A DNA stretch of 64,000 nt. It comes from an uncultured Spirochaetota bacterium. GTDB lineage: Bacteria; Spirochaetota; Brevinematia; Brevinematales; JAOACQ01. Made by a program: the position numbers and the translations under genes. The notes below the pieces were generated by a model. The model was not told the DNA's origin, ran no database searches, and saw only the letters and a list, made by a program, of their open reading frames with translations. Positions within the stretch are counted from its first letter, which is position 1, and each line of letters begins with the position of its first letter. Positions 42,968 to 54,200 of the stretch are shown here, piece by piece. Location of the stretch: contig CAWIGG010000006.1 of assembly GCA_963835575.1 (NCBI GenBank), positions 352,001 to 416,000 of the forward strand, in the 5' to 3' direction.

Positions 42968-44215
42968 ATGAAAACAAAGATTTCCATTGGAGAACTGGTC
43001 GCTAAGGTATTAGCAGAACTTGAAAGGCTGCATTATGCTTATATCACGATTTGTGGTTTTCGTGCCTTTTACAAGCAAGTTATTATTTTTGCAAACGAAA
43101 GGAAAGAACCATATTTTTCAGAAGGACTTGGAAGAGAATTTCTGAAAGGAAAGTACAATTGTTCAATCAACTATTATACTGAAGCTATGCCTAAAAAATT
43201 CAAGAACATTATTCGAAAAATAAGGGTGTTAGGCGATTTCCAGCTTCATGGCGTAGTGATTCGAAGAATTGTAAAGAAACCAGGATATGTAAAACCACCA
43301 CAGTTCGAAAAAGCACTTAGAGACTATGAAAAAGAGTGCGAAGATAACGAATATTCAAGAAGAGGTCTGAGAACACGCACACAACGTCTTTTCTTTTTTA
43401 TCGATTATCTTGATTCTCTTGGAATTCAAAACCTAAATGATATTACAGCAGAAATCATTTCTGATTATGTCAAAACGATTTATGCCCATCATGAAAAGAG
43501 CATGGCCTCAATCCTAACAACACTGAGGGTATTTTTACGATTTCTTTACCTGAACCGGTATACTCAGGAGGACTTATTATTGAAAGTCCCCAAACAAAAG
43601 AAGTACTATTACCCTTCTATACCTTCTGTATGGAAACAGGAAGATGTGGTTCGTATGTTGGAAAATATCGATAGAGGGAATCCAACCGGCAAGAGAGATT
43701 ATGCCATCCTTCTTCTGGCTTCGCGTCTTGGAATTCGAGTAGGTGATATCAAATCCTTAAAATTGAATGAATTAAATTGGAAATCAAAAACCATAGTGAT
43801 TAAACAGAATAAAACAAAAAACATTGTAGCATACCCAATTCTGAAAGACATCGGCTGGGCATTAATTGATTATCTGCGGAATGCACGCCCTGTAAGTGAT
43901 TCGCCATTTGTATTTTTACGCATGAACGCACCTTATGAAGCATTTAGTAAGAATGCCAATCTGTATAATATCATAACAAAGCATACAAGAAACGCAGGAA
44001 TTGCTATACCCAGAGGGAAACGGCATGGTTTGCATTCTCTGCGACATACATTAGCAAGCACTTTGCTTGAACAAGGGACTCCTTTGCCTGTAATATCAGA
44101 AGTTCTAGGGCATATCAACTCTAAGTCCACAGGAGTCTACTTACAGGTAGGAATTGAAGGCTTAAAGCAATGTGCACTTGATCCTGAGGAGGTATTTAAA
44201 GATGTCTCAAGATAA
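42968..44215 (+). CDS. Tyrosine recombinase RitA
   Basis: GKRDYAI..LGIRVGDI, HSLRH, LGH..STGVY. Confidence 0.92.
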   Translation: MKTKISIGELVAKVLAELERLHYAYITICGFRAFYKQVIIFANERKEPYFSEGLGREFLKGKYNCSINYYTEAMPKKFKNIIRKIRVLGDFQLHGVVIRRIVKKPGYVKPPQFEKALRDYEKECEDNEYSRRGLRTRTQRLFFFIDYLDSLGIQNLNDITAEIISDYVKTIYAHHEKSMASILTTLRVFLRFLYLNRYTQEDLLLKVPKQKKYYYPSIPSVWKQEDVVRMLENIDRGNPTGKRDYAILLLASRLGIRVGDIKSLKLNELNWKSKTIVIKQNKTKNIVAYPILKDIGWALIDYLRNARPVSDSPFVFLRMNAPYEAFSKNANLYNIITKHTRNAGIAIPRGKRHGLHSLRHTLASTLLEQGTPLPVISEVLGHINSKSTGVYLQVGIEGLKQCALDPEEVFKDVSR

Positions 44216-45185
44216 AATTATGTTCTCCAGCAATCTCAGAGAGCTTTTAGATGGATATGTAAAAGAGCAGCGCGCAGTTGGTTACAAATACATCAAAGGG
44301 GCTGCCCTTCTTAAGCAGCTTGATAGCTATCTTGAAAGGAATCATCTGGCAGAAAAAAAGCTTTCGAAAGAAATGGTGCTTTCATGGACGGGGAAAAACC
44401 CTAATGAAACAGATAGAACAAGAATTGGGAGGATCTCAATTGCGAGAGGATTTGCAAAATATATGGTTCGTCTCGGCTATGAAGCATATATCTATCCGGC
44501 TGCGGCCGTTACAATGGAAAGATATTATTATGTTCCATATATTTTCTCAGAAAGAGAAATGCGCAGTATCTTTATTGTGAGTGATAATTATCCTGTTTCC
44601 GATATTTCGCCTAATCGTCATCTCGTCTTGCAGCTCATTATACGAATGTTATATGGATGCGGACTTAGAATCTCTGAAGCTTTAAACTTAAAACTGGATG
44701 ATGTGGATCTGGGAAAGGGAATCCTTTATATACGAGATGCTAAGTTTGGAAAGGAAAGAATGGTCCCAATGGCAGAAACATTAATGGAAAGATGCCGCCA
44801 TTATTCATATGAAGTACATAAGTACGATAAAGCTGATACTTATTTTTTCCCTTCTCCATTTGGAGGGCATTACAATGAAGCTACCATATACTGGCTTTTC
44901 AGAAATTTGCTTTGGAAAGCCGGCATTTCCCATAGTGGAAAAGGTCCAAGACTTCATGATTTGAGACATACTTTTTCAGTTCATTGTTTAAAGAAGTGGG
45001 TATTAAAGGGAGCAGATCTTGCTCAACTTCTGCCATATCTCTCAACTTATTTAGGTCATGTTGATTTAAGAGGTACACAACACTATCTAAGACTTACTGC
45101 TGATTTATATCCAACAATCATAGCATCTGTGGAAGAAAACTTTTCATTTTTAATACCGGAGGTTGAATCCCATGAAACAAACTGA
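44202..45185 (+). CDS. Tyrosine recombinase RitB
   Basis: GLRISE, KFGKER, PRLHDLRH, LSTYLGH..TQHY. Confidence 0.92.
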   Translation: MSQDKIMFSSNLRELLDGYVKEQRAVGYKYIKGAALLKQLDSYLERNHLAEKKLSKEMVLSWTGKNPNETDRTRIGRISIARGFAKYMVRLGYEAYIYPAAAVTMERYYYVPYIFSEREMRSIFIVSDNYPVSDISPNRHLVLQLIIRMLYGCGLRISEALNLKLDDVDLGKGILYIRDAKFGKERMVPMAETLMERCRHYSYEVHKYDKADTYFFPSPFGGHYNEATIYWLFRNLLWKAGISHSGKGPRLHDLRHTFSVHCLKKWVLKGADLAQLLPYLSTYLGHVDLRGTQHYLRLTADLYPTIIASVEENFSFLIPEVESHETN

Positions 45186-46194
45186 TTTAGCGAAGACACT
45201 GACCCAATATTTATCACAATATCTCCCTGGGCAGAGAAATGTCAGCACAAATACAATTATGTCATATCGGGATACATTCAAACAGTTACTGATATTCTGT
45301 GATACTGAAATGAATATCAGTCCGGAATACCTGACTCTTAGCAAGATTAAAGCAGAGACAATACAAAACTTCCTGTTTTGGCTTGAAAAATCAAAGAGGA
45401 TCTGCATTAATACACGCAACCAACGTTTGGCGGCTATTCATAGTTTTTATCGGTATGTGCAGACAGAAAATCCTGAATTCATATTTGAATGTCAGAAGAT
45501 TTTAGGTATCCCATTTAAAAAGCGCGAAATCAAAACAATTGATTATCTGCACCAGGATAGCCTAAAGGTTCTATTCGAGCAGCCAGATACAAACACACAA
45601 AAAGGACGGCGTGATTTAACAATGATGGTTCTTCTTTATGACACCGGAGCTCGTGTTCAAGAATTAATCGAATTAAAAGTAGGAGATATCCGCCTTGCGA
45701 AACCAGCTACTATACTATTAACAGGTAAAGGCAGAAAAATGAGAGCTGTTCCCATTATGGGTAAAAGCTGTGACTTATTAAAGAATTATCTGGAAGAGAA
45801 TCATTTATTGGATAACGGGAAACAGAATTATCCTCTATTCTATAATAGTAACAGGCAACCTTTCACACGGCCCGGGATAACTTATATTTTGGAGAAGAAT
45901 CTTAAAAAAGCAAAAGACCTAAACCCCAATATTCTGTTTCCTGATAAATTGAAACCTCATATGATGAGACATACGAAGGCTATTCATTTGTTAGAAGCTG
46001 GAGTTAATCTGATTTATATAAGAGATTTGCTGGGTCATGTAAATGTAAGTACAACAGAACTTTATGCCAGAACAAACTCAGAACTTAAGAGAAAAGCATT
46101 GGAATCTGCTTATATGGAAGTTGTTACGCAAGATGTTCCTGTTTGGGATGAAGATATAGATTTATTGAATTGGTTGCGGGAGTTCTGTAGATAA
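45172..46194 (+). CDS. Tyrosine recombinase RitC
   Basis: TRNQRLAAIHSF, TGARVQE, GKGRK, PHMMRH, LGH..TTELY. Confidence 0.92.
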   Translation: MKQTDLAKTLTQYLSQYLPGQRNVSTNTIMSYRDTFKQLLIFCDTEMNISPEYLTLSKIKAETIQNFLFWLEKSKRICINTRNQRLAAIHSFYRYVQTENPEFIFECQKILGIPFKKREIKTIDYLHQDSLKVLFEQPDTNTQKGRRDLTMMVLLYDTGARVQELIELKVGDIRLAKPATILLTGKGRKMRAVPIMGKSCDLLKNYLEENHLLDNGKQNYPLFYNSNRQPFTRPGITYILEKNLKKAKDLNPNILFPDKLKPHMMRHTKAIHLLEAGVNLIYIRDLLGHVNVSTTELYARTNSELKRKALESAYMEVVTQDVPVWDEDIDLLNWLREFCR

Positions 46195-46964
46195 TTATTA
46201 TGGAAAGATTTTTAGCTAATTTGATTTGATTTTATTGTTCTTAGTTTAAGATCTTTCCATAAACAAAAACTTTCGATAATTCCCCTTATGGAAAGCTTTC
46301 CATAAAGGTAAAACTCATATTTCAAAGGCAGTCGGCCATGAAGCCTGTAGGAGAGGCTATACTGTCATCTTTAAGAAAGACGCCGCTCTTTTTGAAAACT
46401 TGAAAAGTGAAAAGATTATGTTCAAAAATACTCTTTTCAGGAAGTGTATTAAAACAGACCTCCTGATCATAGACGATTTCGGATTCAAAAAACTCAACAA
46501 TGAAGAAACGGAATGCCTATACCGGATTGTCGATGAAAGGCTTGGAAACAGGTCTATTATTCTAACAAGTAACCGGCCTCTGAAGGACTGGCTGGCAATA
46601 TTCCCTGATCCTGTGGTTGGAGGGGCTATGCTTAACCGGCTTGTTTCAGGTTCGATTAAAATCCTGGTAAAATCCAAAGATGGAAAATCTTTCCGGAAAG
46701 AGGGTAAACTTATTTGAATGTTTTCGGATATTCATCTAAAATCATAAACGATGTTTTTTGGGAAAATTGACGTAATAGTTCGTAAAACAGGCTGAAATGA
46801 GTTTATAATATGAACAAGTTCGCCGTTGTAAGCAAGCCTGGCCGAAGTTGAATAATGAAATATATCCAGCCGTCCTTGGTGGGCCGGATAATAGGATAAT
46901 AAATAAAATTTACAGTTTTCTAAAATTCAATGTTATATTTTTAAAAAAAACTTGGAGTTTATAC

Positions 46965-47678
46965 ATGCTATCTCGAAATCTCATATTATTAATTTTAGTA
47001 TCAGTAATTTGTCTTTCTATCCAAAAATTATACGGGCAAGAGAATAATTCATTTGTTACTAATAGTATTTCAACAAACTTTATTGAAACTAATGGTAATA
47101 CTAAGATCGTTAGTAATGAACTACATCCAAAAGAATATAAATGGTATATAGGTTTATGTCCTCTTGGATTGCTGTTCTCATTTATCCCATTTCCACCAGG
47201 TTCAAAAAATGCTGAAGTTCAGCCTGGGTATGGCTTTGAATCTGAATATCGGTTTGATACTTTGAATTCAATTGCTATAATGCCGTCTATTTGTAAATTT
47301 ACTGGGGTATTTTCAGATATGTTAGACCAGAGTCCATTCCCAGGTTATATATGGCAATATTCAATTGGTATATGTTATCAAAGATATATTTGGGGAAATT
47401 TATATATATTGGCTGGGCTTTCTCCACAGCTTGTTACTTATTATAATAATGATAATAAAATTCTTGCTAATGGTTTCCAATTGTATATATCTGTAAATTT
47501 GGGTTACCGGTTTGATTTTGACTTTTATAAGGTGCCTTTTTATATTAAGATATTTTTTGATGCTGAATACATGGCGTATAATAATAACGTTCCACAAAAT
47601 TTTCAAGAAATTATGAATAAGTCAAGTCGGTTTACTATAATACCAATTCCTGGGATAGAGTTAGGTTTAAGATTTTAA
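46965..47678 (+). CDS. Putative outer-membrane beta-barrel protein (IS passenger)
   Basis: Signal peptide MLSRNLILL..LYG, alternating beta strands, C-terminal GIELGLRF; AT-rich; ORF extends to 46848. Confidence 0.6.
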   Translation: MLSRNLILLILVSVICLSIQKLYGQENNSFVTNSISTNFIETNGNTKIVSNELHPKEYKWYIGLCPLGLLFSFIPFPPGSKNAEVQPGYGFESEYRFDTLNSIAIMPSICKFTGVFSDMLDQSPFPGYIWQYSIGICYQRYIWGNLYILAGLSPQLVTYYNNDNKILANGFQLYISVNLGYRFDFDFYKVPFYIKIFFDAEYMAYNNNVPQNFQEIMNKSSRFTIIPIPGIELGLRF

Positions 47679-48185
47679 AAGGTCAGAGAATTATTTTCAG
47701 ATATAATTCCAGACAAACTGGGGAATCAGAATCACGCAATCCGGATTACTGATACGTTTCCTTCTACAAGTTGATCCCCAATGATGCCATTTTCTTGAAA
47801 TTTTAATTTTATTAATATTGGAAGGTAATACTATTTGACCGTTTTCTGATTTTCATCTAAAATCAAGAACGGTATTTTTCAGGAAAAGGTGGGGAATCTC
47901 ATGGCCCTGCCACTGGGGAATCTACCCGGTCCTCGACATTTCAACTAAAATCCAGATTAAAATATATCGCAACTATCCAATCATTACCTAATGATATAGC
48001 TGTTTATAATAGGAAGCCGATAGTAATAATGCAATCTTGGATAGATGAAGGATTACTGATTCATGATGAAGATGGCTTTCATAAACAATCAATAAAGATA
48101 ACTTTAATATGAAATGACAAATATTGGTATGTCGCCAGCATTTATGACAAAACTAACTCAAAGGGAATGGCCGGTGTAACACTAT

Positions 48186-48602
48186 TTATAACAAACTACC
48201 TGAAACAGTCGCCGTATCTGAATCACTAGAGCTTTGATATAATGAATAACTATCTGATGGATTCTTTTTGTAATAAATGTTTACTTGTACTATTCCAGAA
48301 TCATCTAGATTTTGCGCTGAAAGATAGACAGTTAAATCTAGGTCAGGGGACGGATCCGTACCGCAATAAACCTGGAATTCTGTTGACCATGGAGTAGAAT
48401 CTCCGTCCTCTTCATAATAATTTCCATCGGAATCCTCAAAAACAATGTCTACATCGTATGTTGTCCCTACTACTTCATATTTAATGTAGTAATTTCCATC
48501 CCAATCATCAGAGCTTGTATCTGTAACAGGCTGCCAGCCAGGCTCCCTAAAAGAGCAGCTTGAAAATAGTAAGAAAAAGAAAATTAATAAAACTTGTTTC
48601 AT
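48186..48602 (-). CDS. Hypothetical lipoprotein
   Basis: Lipobox FSSC; acidic beta-rich domain. Confidence 0.65.
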   Translation of the reverse strand: MKQVLLIFFFLLFSSCSFREPGWQPVTDTSSDDWDGNYYIKYEVVGTTYDVDIVFEDSDGNYYEEDGDSTPWSTEFQVYCGTDPSPDLDLTVYLSAQNLDDSGIVQVNIYYKKNPSDSYSLYQSSSDSDTATVSGSLL

Positions 48603-48682
48603 AAATCCTCTAAATCATTAATATTCTAAGCCCGTCTAATACAAAGTTTCAATCTAAAGGAGCGTCAACAAGTTTGGAATGC

Positions 48683-49159
48683 TTACTTCTTATGTTTGTC
48701 TTTTCCATTCGAAATTCGCACACTTTCACTCATTGAAATGATCTCTTGCGCCTGTTGTGAAGGCGTTAAAAGAGCATTAACCTTTTCCATCTCATTTATT
48801 CTGACATTCCTTATCTTTTGATTATCAATTTTCAATGCTTTCAGTATGTTCGTTAAATCATTATCGGAAGCACCGGATTTAACTTTGTATTTAAGGATTT
48901 CAATATCTGCTTTATTTTGTTTCATCAATAATCTGATATTTGTTCTTGATTCAGCATAAATAGCCTTGATTTTTGCAACCTGATCATCGCTCAAATTAAG
49001 CCGTTGTTTCATATCAGATATTCTGTCTCCTTCATGCAATACATTTTTTTCTTTATGAGCGCAGGAAAATAAAGAAACACAAAAAACTGCACTCAGAACA
49101 ATACCGGCCGCAATAAAACGATTTTTAATGATATTCATACAGATATTCCTCTTATTCAT
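48683..49159 (-). CDS. Spy/CpxP-family periplasmic protein
   Basis: LNLSDDQVAKIK and LLTPSQQ (LTxxQ motifs). Confidence 0.75.
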   Translation of the reverse strand: MNKRNICMNIIKNRFIAAGIVLSAVFCVSLFSCAHKEKNVLHEGDRISDMKQRLNLSDDQVAKIKAIYAESRTNIRLLMKQNKADIEILKYKVKSGASDNDLTNILKALKIDNQKIRNVRINEMEKVNALLTPSQQAQEIISMSESVRISNGKDKHKK

Positions 49160-49196
49160 ATTATAACATAATAAGGATCTTATTCTAAATAAAGAT

Positions 49197-50123
49197 TCAA
49201 TAATATTTAATTTTTACAACATGGGTATTCTTGCTTATCTGCGATAGAAAAGCCCATTGATCCGGTAAAGTTTCAAAGGATTCATTTATAAAAACACTGT
49301 TTCCTTCCATTCTTGGCTTATATTGAAGGGGTAACGCAATCAGGTTCCCGAAACCGCCTTTCGGCATTGTGTCCTGATTTGGAAAGAAACGGTCATAAGA
49401 AGATAATCCTATCTGATGGCGGCTGTCCATCGTTTTGGTGAGAATAATGAATCCGAGTTTTCTCGCCTGGAAAGCGGGGATTTTAGCTTCAAAAAATATC
49501 CAGATATGCCCGCCATTACCGGAACGGGAACGTTCAAGGTACGCGGGAATATTCAGTTCCCGGCATGTCTTAATAAAGGCGTAAGCGTCATCCTGCCATT
49601 TACTTTCATCAAAATCACATGCCAGAAAGTTACATTTTTCATCCAGAAGCATAGGATAGACACCGGCGGTAATTTTGCCGGAAAGATGGTCAGAAATGAC
49701 TTTGGCCGTAAGAGGGGAATACTTCTTGTTTTCGCATTCACTGCATTTTAAAACAGGTTTCCTGCAAAACTTTCTATCCCATTCATTGGCGCAAACAGGC
49801 GAATACCCCGATTTTCCATTCCGGGTTTCCCACCGGACAGGATAAACATCCTCTCTGCCTTTAAACAGAGTTCGAAAGAGCAGAATTTTAGATTCGTTGG
49901 GGGATTGCTGGTTAATGTTTTCTTTATAGATCGGCGGGTTTTCTAAATCGGGTTTTACCGGCATCTTTCTTAATATTTCTGTATCATCCGGCTTATGAAT
50001 GGGAATTTGAGGGTATGATCCTTTGATTGCGGAAGTCCTGAGCCTGATATTTTCTTCTTTTAATGATTGATTTTCCAGCTTCAAAGTATTAATCTGATTT
50101 TTTAACTCGTCCAATTCAGACAT
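49197..50123 (-). pseudogene. AEP/TOTE-type primase domain, probably a truncated primase-helicase
   Basis: FKGREDVY, YSPVCANEW..C..C..C, ACDFD, ERSRSGNGGHIW, GNLIALPLQ; ends shortly after DQWAFL. Confidence 0.65.
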
Positions 50124-50141
50124 CTAAGAATCCAATAATCA

Positions 50142-50534
50142 TTATTCGGCCTTAAAGGGGTTAAATATATTCAAGCCGGGAATATTCTTAAAATCATTTT
50201 CGTTACGCGTTACCAGCGTCATTTTATTTATAATGGCAGTGGACGCAATGACCGCGTCGCCTAATTTTATTAAATATTTTCTTTTCAAATCGATAGTAAG
50301 CCGTAATATGGGATCTGTCATTAAAACAACGTTTGCCGGTTCAAGAAACTTTTCCGATAATGAATAACCCTCTTCTGTATGTTTCTTCCAGCCTAGGAAT
50401 TCAATCTTTGTTATAAAGGACATATTAAAAGAATTATTAAAAATTGTTTCGATTTCTTTTAACGATCCGGAAGGAATTTGATCTCCGAAATAGTAAATTA
50501 AAATGTTTGTGTCGATTAAGTATTTCTTTCCCAT
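50142..50534 (-). CDS. vapC: VapC-family PIN toxin
   Basis: YLIDTNILI, KIEFLG, DAVIASTA, LVTRNENDF. Confidence 0.9.
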   Translation of the reverse strand: MGKKYLIDTNILIYYFGDQIPSGSLKEIETIFNNSFNMSFITKIEFLGWKKHTEEGYSLSEKFLEPANVVLMTDPILRLTIDLKRKYLIKLGDAVIASTAIINKMTLVTRNENDFKNIPGLNIFNPFKAE

Positions 50535-50779
50535 TCATTCCTCATATCATTGCTTTCTTTTGTTAAATTGAGGTCCCGTCCTTTGTAAATCCCGCGGTAA
50601 CGGGAAAGATCGGGTTTTTGACCTATGTTTATCTTTGATTTATTCTGTAAAATTTTGATGCGGTCCTGTAATCCGGAAGATTTTAATTGGATGACAATAT
50701 TCTCCAGCAAGTCGAGTTTATCATTTATAGTTAATTCTTCAACTTCTTTTTCGATTTTTTCTATTGCGGTTAAAGGCAT
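50516..50779 (-). CDS. Putative antitoxin
   Basis: Small gene overlapping upstream of vapC; LSRYRG..MRNEWER C-terminus. Confidence 0.7.
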   Translation of the reverse strand: MPLTAIEKIEKEVEELTINDKLDLLENIVIQLKSSGLQDRIKILQNKSKINIGQKPDLSRYRGIYKGRDLNLTKESNDMRNEWERNT

Positions 50780-50972
50780 AAATACCTCCTATTATTCATT
50801 TAATATATTATATACCACATATTATTAATCTGACAAGAAAAGAATAAAAAACAAAACTTTGTTTTAATACGAGTTAAATTATCAAAATGAACCAAACTAA
50901 CCAAAGAATTAAATGTAAAATCAATAAAAATGCTGTTCAAAAACTTGGGCCACAAGTGTAAACACTTGATGC

Positions 50973-51110
50973 ATATAGAATTAGATATGTTCGGAGAGAG
51001 GGGGTTGCGGATGATGCATAATTCCTTATATACCATAGAATAACAAAACTTCCAAAAAATTTTACTGACACCTGGCTGACAAAATAAAACACTTATTTTT
51101 TATAAAAATC
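50973..51110. repeat. att-like direct repeat copy 2
   Basis: Highly similar to 54674-54810; contains CGGAGAGAGGGGG. Confidence 0.88.
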
Positions 51111-51259
51111 ACCAAATATTTGGGGAAATATTTTATTTATTTAATTATTTAAAAATTGGCTTCATGGTATAGCCAGGATATATGAATATTTTATTTACTC
51201 GTTTATCTTGGCCAAGGCAGCGGGAGGTGAAGGAAATAAGCAGAATAAAGCGTATTTTG

Positions 51260-54200
51260 TTATCCCCGTTTCAATGATCCCTTTAATTTTGCTTGACTGC
51301 TCTCCGGCCGGCGCTTCTCGAACCGGCAGAGTACACTATATACGCAGGGCACAACAAAAATTGTCAATAAAGTGGAAACTATTATACCTCCGATCAGCGC
51401 GATCGCCATCGGGATGCGGCTTTCCGCCGACGGGCCGATTGAAAGTGCAGGAGGTATAGCCCCTGCTATTGTTGCCAGTGAGGTCATCAAGATCGGACGC
51501 AGACGGATCGGGCATGCTTCCAGCAGGGCGTCCTTGACTGATTTTGCACCGCCGACGCGTACTCGTTTTGTGAAATCGATCAAGAGAATTGAATTTTTCT
51601 TCACGATCCCCATAAGAAGGATGAGACCGATCATGCTGTAAATATTGATGGAACGGCCGGAGACGAACAGGGCAATGAGCGCTCCTGAGGCGCTGAATGG
51701 AAGGGCCATTAACACTGTGATGGGGTCGATGAAGCTGTTGAACTGGACCGCGAGCACCATATATGCGATGAATATTCCCAGAACCAGGGCAAATATCAGG
51801 CTTTGGTAAGATTCATCGAATGTTTTTGAACTTCCGCTCATGGTGATATAATATCCGGCAGGCAGGATGCGTTTGGATATAGCCTCAACCGCTTGAAGCG
51901 CATTCTGTTGAAACTTTCCTGTTTTCACATTTGCATATATTGTGACGGAGCGTTCGCGGTTATAACGATTGACTGTGATCTTAGTATTTTTTTCCTCTAT
52001 ATCTACCAGCTTATAGAGAGGGATCCTCTCTCCATGGCTGTTCCACACATAGAGACTTTTTATCTTTTCTTTGGGATCCTGCCCGGTATCTTCAAGTTTT
52101 ATATTGATGTCATAGCGGTGGCTGCCTTCAAGGTAAGTCCCGACTATGATCCCGCCGATCATTGCATTTACAGTTTGGTCGATGCTGGATATGCTGACGG
52201 CATACGCAATCGCTTTTTTCCTGTTCGGAATGATATGAAGTTCAGGAGCACCTTCCTGAAAATCCGAGTCCAGGTCGGTAATGAGACCGGTTTTATCCAG
52301 TTCAGCCATGATTTGACTCGAATACTTTGCCAACGCATCCCAATCAGGCCCCTGTACTGTGAATTCGACAGGGAAACCCCGGGACGCGACAAAATTGCGC
52401 ATCGAAAGGTCTTGAATGACTGCGCGGACATCCTGAATCTTGTTGAAGCGGCTCCGGCAAAGCGCCATGAATTCCTGCTGGCTTAGCTCGTGCCCGGCGT
52501 CCTTGTCGATGCCTCTGTGACCGCGGTCTTTCATCGTTACCAGAACCTGCCCGCTGTTGGCATCGCCCGGAGAACCTCCTCCAACTTGAAGGACATAGCG
52601 GTCGATCTCCTTTCTGGTTGCGAGGAATTTTTCAACCTCGGAAAACCTGGAATCGGAATAGGCAAGTGATGACCCGATTGGCGTCTTCAGACGGATATTA
52701 AAGCGGCTCTGGTCTTCAGCCGGCAGGAACTCTTTATTGATGAAGCGTAATGTCATGAAGCTCAGGAAGAAAAAAGTGAACGCCAATGTAATGACGATCA
52801 GACGGTGTTCCAAAACCCATGACAGGGTGTGCTTGTAGATATTTGTCAATCCGGAAAGCAGCCAGTCAATAAGACTGCCAATTCTTGTCTTTCTGCTTCC
52901 GGCATCGACAAACTGGGAACAGAACATGGGGGTCAGGGTCAGAGCGTTTACCAATGACAGCGATACTGCAACCGTGATTGTTACACCGAACTGGAAAAAA
53001 TACTTTCCAATCACTCCGCTCATAAATGCAACCGGTAGAAAAATGGCTACAATGGAGATGGTTGCCGCAGTTGCCGCGAAACTGATCTCTCTGGAACCTT
53101 CCATGGCTGCAGTCATCCGGTTTTTACCCCTTTCCTGGTGCCGGACAATATTTTCCAGCACTATGATCGCATCATCGACAACTATTCCAACGGAAAGACT
53201 CAGTCCCATTAATGTAAAAGTATTTAAAGTAAATCCTGAAAAATAAAGAACGATAAAGGTTCCGATCACCGAAGTCGGCATGGAAAGAAGAACATTCAAA
53301 GTTGAGGACCATGATCCGAGAAAGATCCAGCAGACGAACGCGGTCAGTAATATAGAAAGGATGAGTATGAAATTCAGTTCCTTGACGGACTGTTCAATAT
53401 ATCGGGTGCTGTCGAAATTAATAGCCAGATGCATACCTTCAGGAAGACTTTTCTGTATCTCATCGACCTTGGCGCGGATATCTTTGGCCACATTTACTGA
53501 ATTTGCACCGCGCTGTTTTCTGATGCTGAGCCCGACGCCGGGAACGCCATTCCCACGGCTCAGTCTTGTGACATCCGCCAGACCTTCATCGACTTTTGCG
53601 ACATCTTTAAGTGAAAGCATTGCATAATTAGGCTGACCGTTACGCTGATCGATACTGAGATTCTCAAATTGTGTAACTGTTGTTGCTTCACCCATTGTCC
53701 GTACAAAAAGTTGTTTATTATCTTTATTTATAGTACCAGCTGGAGATTCCGAATGTCCCTTCTGAATGGCATCGACGATGTCGGAAACTGTTAAATCATA
53801 ATAATTGAGGCTTTTTGCTGACAGCCAGATCCGAAGGTTTGGATCAACATATCCGCCCAGAGTGATATCACCCACTCCCGCGACCATGGCGAACTGATTT
53901 TTCAAACGGTCGTTGACAAATTCCATGAGGTACCTGAGAGGATACCGGTCACTGTCTAAAGTCAGTAAAAGGATAGGCTGATCCTCAGGATTGACTTTTG
54001 AAATAGTCGGAGGTTTGGCGTCTTTTGGAAGGCGTTGCTGGATTTGCGCTACCTTGGCCTGGACGTCCTGGACCGCAATGTCGATATTACGGCTCAAGTC
54101 GAATTCAATGGTAACGGTTCCTTCGCTGTTTTCCGATTGAGATGTGACGTGGCGGACACCCTGAATGCTCATCACTGCGTCTTCAACAGTATCGACGATC

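Larger units (their letters stand above)
42846..46305 (+). mobile_element. RIT (Recombinase In Trio) element
   Basis: Three overlapping tyrosine recombinases; perfect 30-bp IR AATTATCGAAAGTTTTTGTTTATGGAAAGA; eight TTAT(G/C)GAAAG boxes; flanked by AGGTAA on both sides. Confidence 0.92.
42530..46717 (+). pseudogene. istB: IS21 helper ATPase IstB split by the RIT insertion in Walker A (pieces 42530-42845 and 46306-46717)
   Basis: LRRLKLSGM, TFEGFDF, GPPGIG|KTH, DLLIIDDFG, SIILTSNRP; additional frameshifts. Confidence 0.88.
40802..47938 (+). mobile_element. IS21-family element with passenger gene, decayed and interrupted by a RIT
   Basis: TG...CA ends (TGTCCGGGGCCACTCAGATTCCCC / GGGGAATCTACCCGGTCCTCGACA), multiple subterminal GATTCCC repeats, near-perfect 7-bp TSD TTTCAGC/TTTCAAC. 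Confidence 0.85.

Noticed and set aside
42968..46194. One of the tyrosine recombinases as the integron integrase
   Set aside because: No IntI-specific insertion recognised; the trio with terminal IRs is a self-contained RIT far from the attC sites
50991..51010. tRNA gene
   Set aside because: Only a ~13-nt 3'-end-like core; no TTC loop or cloverleaf
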